Notes: generated from the letters alone by a model not told the origin. A DNA stretch of 64,000 nucleotides from Bacteroidia bacterium (GCA_965279035.1 OZ257142.1:32001-96000); one strand, 5' to 3'. Shown: positions 29,339 to 39,746, counted from the first letter of the stretch. A program made the numbers and translations.

Positions 29339-29655
29339 TCTTGTTTTGATTTTTATTGATGTTCAATTCCATGATTTTCAAGTCACCGAATCCAAGGAAT
29401 CTGATTTAATAAAATCAGAAAACCGCTTCAATACAGGCAAATATATATAAATTGAGTGAATGAGTATTTTGACAATTGCAGAATTGGATGAATGAATGTA
29501 GAAATGAAATTTCAAATAAAATCATGTGGTGAATTCTGCTTGAATTTGCTTTCGAACTCATTGAATTAAATTTCTACAAAAAGAAATGCTGAATTTATTT
29601 AGGTGATTGGGTTATAAACGAAATGTTTCGAGTTAACAACCAATGGCTTAGCGTT

Positions 29656-29746
29656 GAAGGGGTTTACGGTTGAGGCGGATAGCCCGCACGAAGGATGTTC
29701 CGATAGCTATCGGAATTTGCCGAAAACGCGGCCGAAGGCAAGCCCC
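29656..29746 (+). repeat. Structured intergenic repeat containing an 18-bp perfect palindrome
   Basis: GGGGTTT...AAGCCCC closing stem, TTCCGATAGCTATCGGAA at 29698-29715, and a core shared with 44344-44372. Confidence 0.6.
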
Positions 29747-29840
29747 AAATTGAAAATATTCGTTGAAATTAAACGATGAAATAGGCGTTTACAAAAGCTG
29801 TTTCATCACTTGGATGGTTCAATAAACTATATTCGCTTCA

Positions 29841-32249
29841 ATGAAATTCAGGCTACTTTTATTAACCCTATTTCTTGCTAATTTCCTAACTGCACAAACT
29901 AACATTCGAGGTGTTGTGCGTGATGTGGATCTGAATAGACCACTTGCCTTTGTAAGCATTGTAGTAAAAGGTTTTCCGCAAGCTACTGCCATGACCGATA
30001 TTGACGGTCAATTTACCATAGCCTTACCCAATGACTTACCGGCGGTTTTGCATTTTACGTATGTTGGTTATTTGTCGACCGAAATTCGATTAGACAGCGA
30101 TTCTGATAAGAAGCTACTTGTTGAAATGAAATCTTCGGCGCAGCAAATTCGAGTGTTTGAAGTGAAAGCGGGAGAAAATCCTGCACATCGAATTATTCGT
30201 CAAACCTGGAAACGACATGATGAGCATGATCCTGAGAAATTGGAATCGTATCGCTGTGAGACATATAATAAATTGGTTTTATCGGGTAGGCCGGACACTT
30301 CGTTTGTAGCAAAAAAAGAGGAAGAAAAAAATAAAGTAAAACGTTACGATAGTTTATTTAAAGAGAAACATTTATTTCTGATTGAATCGTCGAATGAGCG
30401 TCTTTTCAAAAATGGGAAAGTGAAAGAAAATGTGATTGGTTCGCGGGTTTCGGGTGTGAAAGAAGCATCTGTTTTTATGCTGGCTTTGCAATTTCAACCT
30501 TTTAGTTTTTATGCCCCATTTATAGAAATTAATGGACAACAATTATTAAATCCAATTAGTAAAAACAGTGAAGCTGTGTATTCATTTAGTTTGGAAGACA
30601 CTTTATTTACTGGCAAGGACAGCATTTACGTAATTCGATTTCAGCCCAAGAAAAATGCAACAATTGAAGGGCTGAAGGGACTGTTGTATATATCTGCACC
30701 TGATTATGCAATTCAAAATGTAATTGCAGAACCAGCAAGTAAATCCAATACGTTACAACTTCGAGTTCAGCAACAATATACACGATTGGCGAATGGAACT
30801 TGGTTTCCTGAACAGCTTAATACAGATATGATTTTTTTAACGGTGAATTTGACCGGATATAAAATGTTTGGAGAAAGTAGGACGTATATAAGCAAGGCAG
30901 AAATCAACCCGAAACTATCGTCCAAATTGTTTGATGAAGTGGAATTGGAAGTGTCAAAAAACTCATCGGATAAAACAGAAGCTTATTGGGAAACGGTTCG
31001 CATTGAGGATTTAAGTGAGCGCGAACAACGAACATATTATTTTCTTGATAGCATTTCGCGCGCTGATAATTTAGCACCAAAGTTCAAAGCGATTGAAGCC
31101 TATGTTCGAGGTTATATTCCGATACGTTGGTTTGATTTGGAAATCAATCGGATTTTACGATTTAACAATCATGAAGGATTACGTTTGGGCGCTGGTGGAA
31201 TTACCAATGATAAATTATCGCGGTATTTTGGAATTGGTGGTTTCATGGCGTATGGCTTAAAGGACAAACAAACGAAATATGGAGCCGAAGGACGATTTTA
31301 TTTATATCCACGAAGAGAATTGGAGTTAAGACTCATGTATTCGAACGATGTTTGGGAAGCAGGAACGCCACAATTTGTGAATGATCGACGGCCTCAACGA
31401 ACTGAAACAATTAGGCAAGTATTGGTTCGTAACATGGATTGGGAAGAACGAAGTGAAGTCAATATCGGTTGGCGTTGGTTGAAGTATTTGCGCACGGATT
31501 TGCAATTAAGAGAAACGCATTCAACTCCAAAATATGAGTATCAATTTAGCGATTTACCTATGTATTCGCGCTTTAGTTGGCTCGAACAGAGTGTTTCGTT
31601 TACCTATTGTTACAAGGAAAAATTTTTCCGAAACGGGAAACTAAAAATCTCACTCGGTGGAAAATCACCCACCTTCCGATTCATGATAACGAATGCGAAA
31701 GATTTGAGCTATGGTGGAAAATTAAATTACCAACGAGCCGATTTGCGCATGGATTATTCTTTTCAATGGAGAAGAATTGGGAAGACTTGGTTACAATGTT
31801 CGGGCGGAATGGTGAATGGTCAAGTTCCATATTCACGACTATTTAATGGGAAAGGAAATCTGTCGGGAAATGCTGATTTGAGAGCGGCTTCGATGAATTG
31901 TTTTGAAACGATGCTGATGAATCAATTCACTAGCGATCGATTTGCCGCCCTATTTATTCAACATGATTTAGGATCTTTTTTCCACATAGGTCAATTTAAA
32001 CCAAGTTTTATGTTGGTTCAAAATACGATGTTTGGCAGTCTTGGAAAGACGAATGCGCTTAATCAGAACTATGTATCTGTTATAGCACCTAGTAAAGGAT
32101 ATTTTGAAAGCGGAATTTTGCTAAATAACCTTGTCACCTATAATACTGGCGGTTATGGTCTAGGAACTTTTTACCGATATGGTGTGTATGCAGATAAAGA
32201 TTGGAAGAAAAATATTACCCTTAAAATCAGCTTATCGATTTTACTTTAA
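29841..32249 (+). CDS. DUF5686 outer-membrane protein with N-terminal carboxypeptidase-regulatory-like domain
   Basis: TDIDGQF..FTYVGY, ENPAHRIIR, FNNHEGLRLG and YFESG motifs; TATATTCG box upstream. Confidence 0.8.
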   Translation: MKFRLLLLTLFLANFLTAQTNIRGVVRDVDLNRPLAFVSIVVKGFPQATAMTDIDGQFTIALPNDLPAVLHFTYVGYLSTEIRLDSDSDKKLLVEMKSSAQQIRVFEVKAGENPAHRIIRQTWKRHDEHDPEKLESYRCETYNKLVLSGRPDTSFVAKKEEEKNKVKRYDSLFKEKHLFLIESSNERLFKNGKVKENVIGSRVSGVKEASVFMLALQFQPFSFYAPFIEINGQQLLNPISKNSEAVYSFSLEDTLFTGKDSIYVIRFQPKKNATIEGLKGLLYISAPDYAIQNVIAEPASKSNTLQLRVQQQYTRLANGTWFPEQLNTDMIFLTVNLTGYKMFGESRTYISKAEINPKLSSKLFDEVELEVSKNSSDKTEAYWETVRIEDLSEREQRTYYFLDSISRADNLAPKFKAIEAYVRGYIPIRWFDLEINRILRFNNHEGLRLGAGGITNDKLSRYFGIGGFMAYGLKDKQTKYGAEGRFYLYPRRELELRLMYSNDVWEAGTPQFVNDRRPQRTETIRQVLVRNMDWEERSEVNIGWRWLKYLRTDLQLRETHSTPKYEYQFSDLPMYSRFSWLEQSVSFTYCYKEKFFRNGKLKISLGGKSPTFRFMITNAKDLSYGGKLNYQRADLRMDYSFQWRRIGKTWLQCSGGMVNGQVPYSRLFNGKGNLSGNADLRAASMNCFETMLMNQFTSDRFAALFIQHDLGSFFHIGQFKPSFMLVQNTMFGSLGKTNALNQNYVSVIAPSKGYFESGILLNNLVTYNTGGYGLGTFYRYGVYADKDWKKNITLKISLSILL

Positions 32250-32250
32250 T

Positions 32251-32718
32251 TCAATCTTTCCTTAGTTGATCTTGCTCTGTACGAACCCGATTTAAGGCAT
32301 CTTCCACATGGCGAGTTGCATCAAAAACACTCGCAATTACTTCTACAATAATTCCTTTTTTATCGATTACGAATGTAATTCTACCATGAACAAATCCCAA
32401 TGTTTTTGAGATGCTGTAGAGTATTCGTAAGTCGCCTTCGTCACTTAATAGTGGAAACGGAAGTTCGTTTTTAGCAGCAAAGTGCGCATGCGAAATAACA
32501 CCATCGGCACTCACACCAATCACTTCTGTATCGAGCGATTGGAAATGATCATAATGATCGCGAAAGCAACATGCTTCAAGTGTACAAACGGGGGAGAAGT
32601 CCTTTGGATAAAAGAATAGGACTACATTTTTCTTTCCTTTGTAGTCGCTTAATCGAATAGCCCTTTCGTTTTGATCGGGCATTTCAAAATCGGGTGCAAT
32701 CTCGCCAGCTTTAAGCAT
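32251..32718 (-). CDS. bcp: Peroxiredoxin, BCP/PrxQ family
   Basis: APDF, FFYPKDFSPVCTLEAC, GVSAD and FPLLSD motifs; start taken at MLKAGE. Confidence 0.88.
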   Translation of the reverse strand: MLKAGEIAPDFEMPDQNERAIRLSDYKGKKNVVLFFYPKDFSPVCTLEACCFRDHYDHFQSLDTEVIGVSADGVISHAHFAAKNELPFPLLSDEGDLRILYSISKTLGFVHGRITFVIDKKGIIVEVIASVFDATRHVEDALNRVRTEQDQLRKD

Positions 32719-32803
32719 TGAAAGTGTTTGCACAAATAAACTGTAAAAAAAATGAATGGTGAAGCAGGATACGATGAAGTTTTTCCACACGTTTGTTGAT
32801 AGT

Positions 32804-34153
32804 ATGAAAAATCGCCTGGTTTTATTCCTGATTTTCTGTTTAAATCTTATTTATTCTATTTCATTAATTGCCCAAACTCCTGAAGCAGAGCCTCGTCAAC
32901 TCGATTTCGGTACTGTGAATGAAGCCAGTTATTTGAAATCCTACCTTGTAATAAAAAACACTGGAAACAAAGCATTGGTCTTATTACGTGCTGATGCGCC
33001 TAAAGAATTTAGCATTTCGGCTGGAAGAAAAATAATTCCTGCAGGCGATACTGTTCATCTTTCGTTTACAATCAGCCCAACAAAAGCTGGACGTTTTGCT
33101 GCAAAAATAAATTTATACCATAATGGAAGTCCCGACCCTTATGTGATAAATGTAAAGGGCGATCTTAAAAAGCTACTGTCAAAAGACTTAGCAGCCTGTG
33201 TCAATTTTGATCCGAAAATGGGATATGCATCAACAGGAGCCACAATTCCTCTGATAGCAAAACACACAAGTCGGTTCCTCGATGCGCGTACAGGTAAAAT
33301 TATTCCTGAGGCAAGCATTTTATATGTTTCCCAATTGAGTCGCGAGAAATCAGAACGCCATACCACAACCGGTGAATTGATTAGTTCTGTGCCCATTGGT
33401 CCGTATGCATTAGTTGTTTCAGCACCGGGATATGAAACCTTGATGGCAGAAAAATACATTTCGATGAGTGGTGGAACGGAGACCTATCAACTTTCTCCGA
33501 TAAAAATTGTTGAACCCGTATTGAAAGATACATTGGTTGAAAAAACACCAATTCCTGAAATTGTTTCTACCGAAAACAAAGTGCTCGACGAACGAATTTA
33601 CAAGCCCAATAATGTTGTGTTTCTCATTGATGTTTCTGGATCGATGAAAGAACCAGATAAACTTCCCTTGTTGAAACGTTCTATTGCTACTTTATTAGAA
33701 CCCATTCGTCCGATTGATAAAATCACTATTGTTACTTATGGAACCGAAGCTCGTATTGCTGTTCCAACGGTAAATGGCACACAGAAAAAAAAGGTAATGG
33801 ATGTGGTTGACACCTTAAATGCAGGTGGTGTAACAGCAGGCAGCAAAGGTTTGCAAATGGCGTATGATTTAGCGAATGAACATTTTATTGAAGGAGGAAA
33901 TAATCAAATCATTTTAGCAACAGATGGTGCTTTTAGAGTAAGTGGAAAAGATCGCAAAATGATTAAATCATCCTCCGAAAATGGAACTAAAAAATTGATT
34001 CTTTCAGTGATTGCATTTGGAGATAAGGAAGATGCGATTGGGATGTTGGATAGTTTATCAAAACTCGGTGGAGGCAGTATGATTGAAGTAAAGAATTCAT
34101 CGCAAGCTGAGGGTGCATTGTTGGAAGAAATTAAACAACGTTCGAAAAAATAA
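32804..34153 (+). CDS. Exported DUF1573/Ig-like plus VWA domain protein (YfbK-like VWA)
   Basis: Signal peptide from ATG 32804, DFG..KNTG, MIDAS motif DVSGSM and IILATDG. Confidence 0.8.
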   Translation: MKNRLVLFLIFCLNLIYSISLIAQTPEAEPRQLDFGTVNEASYLKSYLVIKNTGNKALVLLRADAPKEFSISAGRKIIPAGDTVHLSFTISPTKAGRFAAKINLYHNGSPDPYVINVKGDLKKLLSKDLAACVNFDPKMGYASTGATIPLIAKHTSRFLDARTGKIIPEASILYVSQLSREKSERHTTTGELISSVPIGPYALVVSAPGYETLMAEKYISMSGGTETYQLSPIKIVEPVLKDTLVEKTPIPEIVSTENKVLDERIYKPNNVVFLIDVSGSMKEPDKLPLLKRSIATLLEPIRPIDKITIVTYGTEARIAVPTVNGTQKKKVMDVVDTLNAGGVTAGSKGLQMAYDLANEHFIEGGNNQIILATDGAFRVSGKDRKMIKSSSENGTKKLILSVIAFGDKEDAIGMLDSLSKLGGGSMIEVKNSSQAEGALLEEIKQRSKK

Positions 34154-34189
34154 TTCATTCGATTTAGTATGAATTCCATGAATTAAACC

Positions 34190-34768
34190 ATGAAAAGTAG
34201 ATTCTTAATACTGTTCTGTTTCGTCATTTTTTATGCATGTAGCCAACGTAAACTAAGGGATGTGCGCAAGCTAAACTGGTACGAAATTGTTACTGAAGCA
34301 CAAGGGAAAACCATTCGGGTTATCATTCCTACGAATGAGTTTGAAAAATGGAAGTTGAGTTTTGCTGAGGTAGAAAAAGAATTGAAAGAACATGTAAATA
34401 TTCAGATCCAATTGGAGCCGATTTCGAATGAACTTTTGTTGGATTCATTAAGAAAAACGAATGCGTCTCTTATTCTCATTCGTGGAAAGCAGCTTGAACA
34501 AGCATTAAGAGAAAATTTTTTGATGGGCCCTTTCGATCGATTATTACCAATCGCTAAAAAGATAGATACGGATGCGGATGTGTTTAGAAAATCGGAAGGA
34601 GTTTCTTCGCAAGGATTTGCTGTTCCTATTGAAAACAATCTCTTAGTTTCATTGCCAAAAGCATTTTTTGCTATTCCTAATAATGCCACATCACAGGCAG
34701 CTGCTTTATTAATTCTGGAATCAATGCTTGAAAAAGAAATGGAATTGGATTCGATGTCGATTCAGTAA
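34190..34768 (+). CDS. Lipoprotein, shortened YnjB-like solute-binding protein homolog
   Basis: Lipobox FYAC; WYEIVTEAQGKT, GPFDRLLP and FFAIPNNA..AAA motifs. Confidence 0.5.
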   Translation: MKSRFLILFCFVIFYACSQRKLRDVRKLNWYEIVTEAQGKTIRVIIPTNEFEKWKLSFAEVEKELKEHVNIQIQLEPISNELLLDSLRKTNASLILIRGKQLEQALRENFLMGPFDRLLPIAKKIDTDADVFRKSEGVSSQGFAVPIENNLLVSLPKAFFAIPNNATSQAAALLILESMLEKEMELDSMSIQ

Positions 34769-34799
34769 AAATTTAACTACTTCAATTTATTTCATAAAA

Positions 34800-34828
34800 A
34801 AATCCTCCTCTTTTGAAGAGGAGGATTT
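34800..34828. terminator. Bidirectional terminator between convergent genes
   Basis: AAATCCTCCTCTT-TTG-AAGAGGAGGATTT perfect stem flanked by A/T runs. Confidence 0.85.
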
Positions 34829-34850
34829 AAATTATGATTGCTGATTCGAT

Positions 34851-35654
34851 TTATTTTTCGAGAGCTAATGGATTTGCCAGATTTGAATATCCTTTTAAAT
34901 CCATTTTGATAGAACCCACGAGAACCTCTGCTTGTAAACGAACTGGAATTCGATTTAAATCATCGCTTACCCAAAGTGTTAGATCGTCTTCTTCTTTAAA
35001 CACACGTCCTTGTTGAATAAGTGGATGGATTTTGATGCAACGAATTTTTCCAGCTCGGGTATGTATAGTTTCTCGTCCGATGAGTTTGATTTTCATAGGG
35101 AAAACTTCTTCATCGAAAAATGTTTGGATTGTAATGATATCGCCCATTTTAACTCCATCTAGATTCATATTTCGGGCGTAATAAAATGCTGATAAAATAT
35201 CGTGTGTTGATGAAGGCACGGTAAATACTTTTCCGGGTGTGCTTCTTCCAGCATCAGAACCTTCGCGTTTAACGTTTACTGTCTTAAGAGTTTGATTGAA
35301 TTTATAATCTTGATTGATAATAAAACCGCCTTCATCAACGCGTCGAAGAAATAATTGAGGAAGCAATGTTTCTTCATCTATAAAAGAATCATATCGATCG
35401 CGAACTCGATAAAACCATTCAAAGGCACTTCTCGAATTTCCTGTTCCTACAAGATGAAATGTATTGGTTTTATTAAATTTTAAACTGTCTTGCGTGATGG
35501 TTACTGTTGCATCGCCGGCATCAACAAGCCCGTAATGAACTCGGTATGACAGCACTTCACCGCGTTTAAAAGCCCTGTTTGCTGGAGCTTTGATTGCTTG
35601 GGCAGAAACAGGGCCGATGAAAAAAATGCTTAGAAAAAACAGACTGCTTTTCAT
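34851..35654 (-). CDS. DUF3108 domain protein
   Basis: GEVLSYRVHYGLVDAG, DILSAFYYAR and WVSDDLNRIPV motifs. Confidence 0.85.
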   Translation of the reverse strand: MKSSLFFLSIFFIGPVSAQAIKAPANRAFKRGEVLSYRVHYGLVDAGDATVTITQDSLKFNKTNTFHLVGTGNSRSAFEWFYRVRDRYDSFIDEETLLPQLFLRRVDEGGFIINQDYKFNQTLKTVNVKREGSDAGRSTPGKVFTVPSSTHDILSAFYYARNMNLDGVKMGDIITIQTFFDEEVFPMKIKLIGRETIHTRAGKIRCIKIHPLIQQGRVFKEEDDLTLWVSDDLNRIPVRLQAEVLVGSIKMDLKGYSNLANPLALEK

Positions 35655-35699
35655 AGGATGAATTTCTTGTCTGCCTTTCAAACGCTATGCCACCCGATT

Positions 35700-36422
35700 T
35701 TATTGGGTTTTAAGCAAGTGTGAAGAAAATTCTTTTTCAAAAGCAGACAGAAATACCGCTTTCACTTTATCCAATTGAATTGAATTATCGGGTGATTCTT
35801 TTTCCAAACTTGTAACAGCTTTATCATCAATGCCACAGGGAATAATGTGATTGAAAAAAGAGAGATCATTGTTCACATTGAGTGCAATTCCATGCATCGT
35901 AATCCAGCGACTACATTTCACACCCATCGCGCAGATTTTACGAGCATTTATTTTATCTGCATCAATCCAAACACCTGTAAATCCAGGATAGCGACCTGCT
36001 TCAACTCCAAAAACGGATAACGTTTGTATGACGGTTTCTTCTAATTTTCTCAAATAGAGATGAATATCAGTGAAGAAATTTTCGAGATCGAGCAATGGAT
36101 AAACAACCAATTGTCCTGGTCCATGATGCGTAATATCACCACCACGGTTTATCTTATAAAAGGACGCATTAATTTTTTTTAGTTCTTCTTCTGAAAGCAA
36201 TAGATTTTCTTCTTTGCCGCTTTTACCTAAGGTATAAACGGGCGGATGCTCACAAAGAATAATATAATTAGGGACTGAGATGGGAAGTATCGAATCACGA
36301 TTTTCTTTTTTCAGTGCCTGTAATTCAGCAAACATTTTTTCCTGAAAATCCCAAGCTTCTTGATATCCAATGAGACCAAGGTCGATGACAGAAACGGCGC
36401 GATTAGGCTGTGAATAGGTCAT
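35700..36422 (-). CDS. lipB: Lipoyl(octanoyl) transferase
   Basis: EHPPVYTLG, RGGDITHHGPGQ, KICAMG, HGIALN and PCGI motifs. Confidence 0.95.
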   Translation of the reverse strand: MTYSQPNRAVSVIDLGLIGYQEAWDFQEKMFAELQALKKENRDSILPISVPNYIILCEHPPVYTLGKSGKEENLLLSEEELKKINASFYKINRGGDITHHGPGQLVVYPLLDLENFFTDIHLYLRKLEETVIQTLSVFGVEAGRYPGFTGVWIDADKINARKICAMGVKCSRWITMHGIALNVNNDLSFFNHIIPCGIDDKAVTSLEKESPDNSIQLDKVKAVFLSAFEKEFSSHLLKTQ

Positions 36423-37402
36423 TGAAGATTCGACAATTCACTTTTTAATCGATTGATGACGTTAATTTCAATTGCATCTACATTGCGTTCAACGGAGGCA
36501 AACCAGCTAATCCAATCTCCAAGATTTATCCACCAAATCATACGTTGCAAAGGACTTTCGCCTTTTGATCGCAACTCGATTGTTTTACCTGCAAGGTTGT
36601 ATATGATGCTTTTGCATATATCGATACGTTTAGCTGTGCGATAGTATTCATCGTCGTTGCGCAAGAATATGGCAGCAATTTTTGGAGCCTTATCTACCCA
36701 GCCAACCAATTCGTTATGATTCATTTCGGGAACTACCTGATGCCAGCAAAGCATTTTTGCGTTTTCGTTCAGTTGTTGGCGAAAACGTATAGCAACACCT
36801 TCGTATCCAACACTTGTATATATGACTGGAAGGCTGTATGAAATAGCTCGTGCAATGGATTCGGCTTCATGCTGAATGGCTTGTTCATTCTTTTCGATGA
36901 GGTCGATTCCGAGTGAAATTTCAGCTAAGAGACCGGAAGCAATTTCGTAATGTTCTAAAATACCACAAAGTTGAGTGAGAGACAAACCCAAACAAGCACG
37001 AGGTGGATTTCCACCTGGAATTACAATCGCATCTAGTTGATGATTTTTAGCTTGCTGTAAAACTTCGCCTCCCGATGTAACACATACAATCATAGCTTTC
37101 TGTGCGATTGCGGCTTGCATAGCTTGTAATGTTTCTTCGGTATTTCCTGAATAGGAAGAAATAATAACAAGTGTTTCTGGACCAACCCAAGCAGGAATTG
37201 AATAATCTTTTGATACCTGAACTGGAATGGAAGATTGAGGAGCGCATAATTCAGCAACAATACTTCCGCCGATTCCGGAACCACCTAAACCACTTATTAA
37301 AACAGAACTTGCTTTTCGTGGAAGTGGTTTTAATTGTTGTGTTCTAAAGATGTTTAATGCGTCACGAACTTGTTGAGGAAATCCGGCAATGAGGTCTTTC
37401 AT
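36419..37402 (-). CDS. Bifunctional phosphoglucose/phosphomannose isomerase
   Basis: GLGGSGIGG, SYSGNTEET, ENAK and PEMNHNE motifs. Confidence 0.92.
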   Translation of the reverse strand: MKDLIAGFPQQVRDALNIFRTQQLKPLPRKASSVLISGLGGSGIGGSIVAELCAPQSSIPVQVSKDYSIPAWVGPETLVIISSYSGNTEETLQAMQAAIAQKAMIVCVTSGGEVLQQAKNHQLDAIVIPGGNPPRACLGLSLTQLCGILEHYEIASGLLAEISLGIDLIEKNEQAIQHEAESIARAISYSLPVIYTSVGYEGVAIRFRQQLNENAKMLCWHQVVPEMNHNELVGWVDKAPKIAAIFLRNDDEYYRTAKRIDICKSIIYNLAGKTIELRSKGESPLQRMIWWINLGDWISWFASVERNVDAIEINVINRLKSELSNLQ

Positions 37403-37645
37403 TCTTAAAAATTATCGGGAGGCTAAAATACGTGGTATTTGAGAATTGCTATCTGAAAATGCTTACAGAATTCTCAGATACCGATTTGTTTCAATTTAAA
37501 ACCAGAAAAAAGACTCTAAGCTAGAACCGATTAGATGAAATTAATGTGCTGATACTCTTTCTGTTGAGATTAAATTAATCTATGTGTTGTAACCAAATAA
37601 CGTGTTTAAGACACTTATATGCAAACGCTCTAAAAACCATAAATT

Positions 37646-37978
37646 ATGAAAACGATTCTTTCTCTCCTTGTAATAAGCTTTTTCAGTTTGTCAAACGTTC
37701 AAGCTGGTTCAAACGACGATAAAAAAACCAATCGTCTAAAAAAAGAAGTTCGAAAAGAATTGAGTCAATTGTTTAATCAACACAGTCAAGATCGACCAAC
37801 ACATAAAGGATCTGTCATCGCACTAGTGAAAGTAGATTCTGAAGGCAAAGGTTCGGTTTTAGAAATGGATTCCGAAGACAATCAACTTCAATCATATGTA
37901 AAGAAGCAAGTTGAAAGTCGAAATTTCCAAAACTTAAAAAATGAAACCATTCGATTAGTGGTTGATTTCAGAAATTAA
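37646..37978 (+). CDS. Small exported hypothetical protein (possibly TonB-C-like fold)
   Basis: Signal peptide, own terminator, VKVDSEGKG beta-hairpin pattern. Confidence 0.55.
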   Translation: MKTILSLLVISFFSLSNVQAGSNDDKKTNRLKKEVRKELSQLFNQHSQDRPTHKGSVIALVKVDSEGKGSVLEMDSEDNQLQSYVKKQVESRNFQNLKNETIRLVVDFRN

Positions 37979-38006
37979 ATACTCTCGTTCTTTATAAATC
38001 CACGTC

Positions 38007-38039
38007 AAAGCCATCCTCCAAAAGAGGGTGGCTTTTTTT
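38007..38039 (+). terminator. Rho-independent terminator
   Basis: AAAGCCATCCTC-CAAAA-GAGGGTGGCTTTTTTT. Confidence 0.85.
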
Positions 38040-38139
38040 GTTTTGATTAATAGAGTAATGTGAAATTGAATTCCAGCAGCCTGATTTACAGGCACATTTA
38101 AATTGATAGGAATATATTTTTCTGTGTAGGTTCTTTTCC

Positions 38140-38147
38140 TACTTTTG
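38140..38147 (+). promoter_or_regulatory. -7 promoter element of the atp operon
   Basis: TACTTTTG matches TAnnTTTG, 26 nt before the atpB ATG. Confidence 0.6.
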
Positions 38148-38173
38148 CACCGCGATTAAAGACCTCTTCTTTC

Positions 38174-39406
38174 ATGGCTAGAAGCTACAGTAATTCTTTC
38201 CTCTTTTCCCTGCTTTGTTCATCATTGACTTTGGTGTTTTCTCTGTCATTTCAGCCATTGGCTGCTAATTCAGAAGAACATGAAACTTCAGCCCAAGTTG
38301 CCGATTCAGGCATGATTCACCAGCATTCAATTGCTGTTGGAGAAAGTAGTATGGCAGAAGCTGAGCATCATGTAGAAACTGAGCATGCTCAAACACACGC
38401 CTTTGACCCTGGTCATATGATAACTGAGCATATCAGTGATGCGCATGATTGGCATTTATGGGGACATACTCATGTTCCACTTCCAGTAATTCTATACACA
38501 GATAAAGGACTAGAGGTTTTTTCTTCTGCTAATTTCCGTAGTCATGGTGAACATGGTTTGAATGACTATACAGGAAAACACTACACATATCGTTTAGTTG
38601 ACGAAGAAGTACAAGTTTTGAATGCTGATGGGGTTATTGATGAAGCTGCGACAGCAGGTATTTTAGATATATCCATTACGAAGAATGTACTTACCATGTT
38701 CATCGTTTTCGGATTGATGTTGTTCTTGTTTATTTCTGTAGCAGGTGCATATAAAAAACGTCAAGGTCAAGCACCAAAAGGTTTACAAAGTTTTATTGAG
38801 CCTATCATCATGTTTGTTCGTGATGATTTAGCTAAACCGAGTATTGGGAAGAAGTACGAGAAGTTTATGCCGTATTTGCTTACAGTATTCTTCTTCATTT
38901 GGATTGCTAATCTATTAGGTTTGATTCCTGTTTTACCAGGTGGTGCAAACATGACGGGTAACATTGCCATTACATTAACATTGGCAGTATTTAGTTTCAT
39001 CATTACTACCATTAATGGAAACAAACATTACTGGGGACACATCTTTGCGATGCCAGGTGTTCCTGTTTGGGTATTGTTTCTTTTAACACCAATTGAAATT
39101 TTAGGTGTATTCCTTCGTCCTTTTGTATTGATGATCCGACTTTTCGCGAACATCACTGCAGGACATATTATCGCATTGGCATTCTTCAGTTTGATTTTCA
39201 TCTTCGGTAAAGGAGGAGAATCGGTTGGAGCAGGTGTTGGTGTTGGTGTAGCAAGCTGGCTATTCACCGTATTTATGATGTTCCTTGAGTTGTTAGTTGC
39301 TTTCCTTCAGGCTTATGTATTTACGCTGCTTTCGGCTATCTACTTTGGTTCTGCTGTGGAAGAAACTCATCATCACGATGAACACGAATTGGAACACGCT
39401 CATTAA
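38174..39406 (+). CDS. atpB: F0F1 ATP synthase subunit a
   Basis: PKGLQSFIE, NLLGLIP, IRLFANITAGH and LQAYVFTLL motifs. Confidence 0.96.
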   Translation: MARSYSNSFLFSLLCSSLTLVFSLSFQPLAANSEEHETSAQVADSGMIHQHSIAVGESSMAEAEHHVETEHAQTHAFDPGHMITEHISDAHDWHLWGHTHVPLPVILYTDKGLEVFSSANFRSHGEHGLNDYTGKHYTYRLVDEEVQVLNADGVIDEAATAGILDISITKNVLTMFIVFGLMLFLFISVAGAYKKRQGQAPKGLQSFIEPIIMFVRDDLAKPSIGKKYEKFMPYLLTVFFFIWIANLLGLIPVLPGGANMTGNIAITLTLAVFSFIITTINGNKHYWGHIFAMPGVPVWVLFLLTPIEILGVFLRPFVLMIRLFANITAGHIIALAFFSLIFIFGKGGESVGAGVGVGVASWLFTVFMMFLELLVAFLQAYVFTLLSAIYFGSAVEETHHHDEHELEHAH

Positions 39407-39441
39407 TTCTTGAATTTTTCTAATCCTTATATCTCAATTTT

Positions 39442-39693
39442 ATGAACGCAATTCTTTTGGAAGCTGGAAACCTAGGACTTGGTTACGGTGTTGCGGCTCT
39501 TGGTGCTGGTGTTGCAGCTCTTGGTGCTGGTGTTGGTATTGGCCGCATTGGTGGTAGCGCATTGGAATCAATCGCTCGTCAGCCAGAGGCTGCAGGTGAT
39601 ATCCGTGCTAACATGATTCTTACAGCTGCTCTTGTTGAAGGTGCTGCCTTCTTCGCGATGGTTGTTGGTCTACTTGTGACTTTCAAAGCATAA
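39442..39693 (+). CDS. atpE: F0F1 ATP synthase subunit c
   Basis: GAGVGIG, ARQPE and ALVE carboxylate. Confidence 0.96.
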   Translation: MNAILLEAGNLGLGYGVAALGAGVAALGAGVGIGRIGGSALESIARQPEAAGDIRANMILTAALVEGAAFFAMVVGLLVTFKA

Positions 39694-39709
39694 GTAGTTT
39701 CAGAAAATT

Positions 39710-39746
39710 AACCTGTCGGAAGCGGTTGGCTATCTGACAGGTTTTT
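39710..39746 (+). terminator. Stem-loop after atpE (partial terminator or stabiliser)
   Basis: AACCTGTCGGA...TCTGACAGGTT followed by TTT. Confidence 0.6.

Noticed and set aside
39487-39535. Near-tandem 21-nt repeat in atpE (GVAALGA x2)
   Set aside because: Matches the normal Gly/Ala periodicity of c-subunit helix 1; protein length is ordinary.
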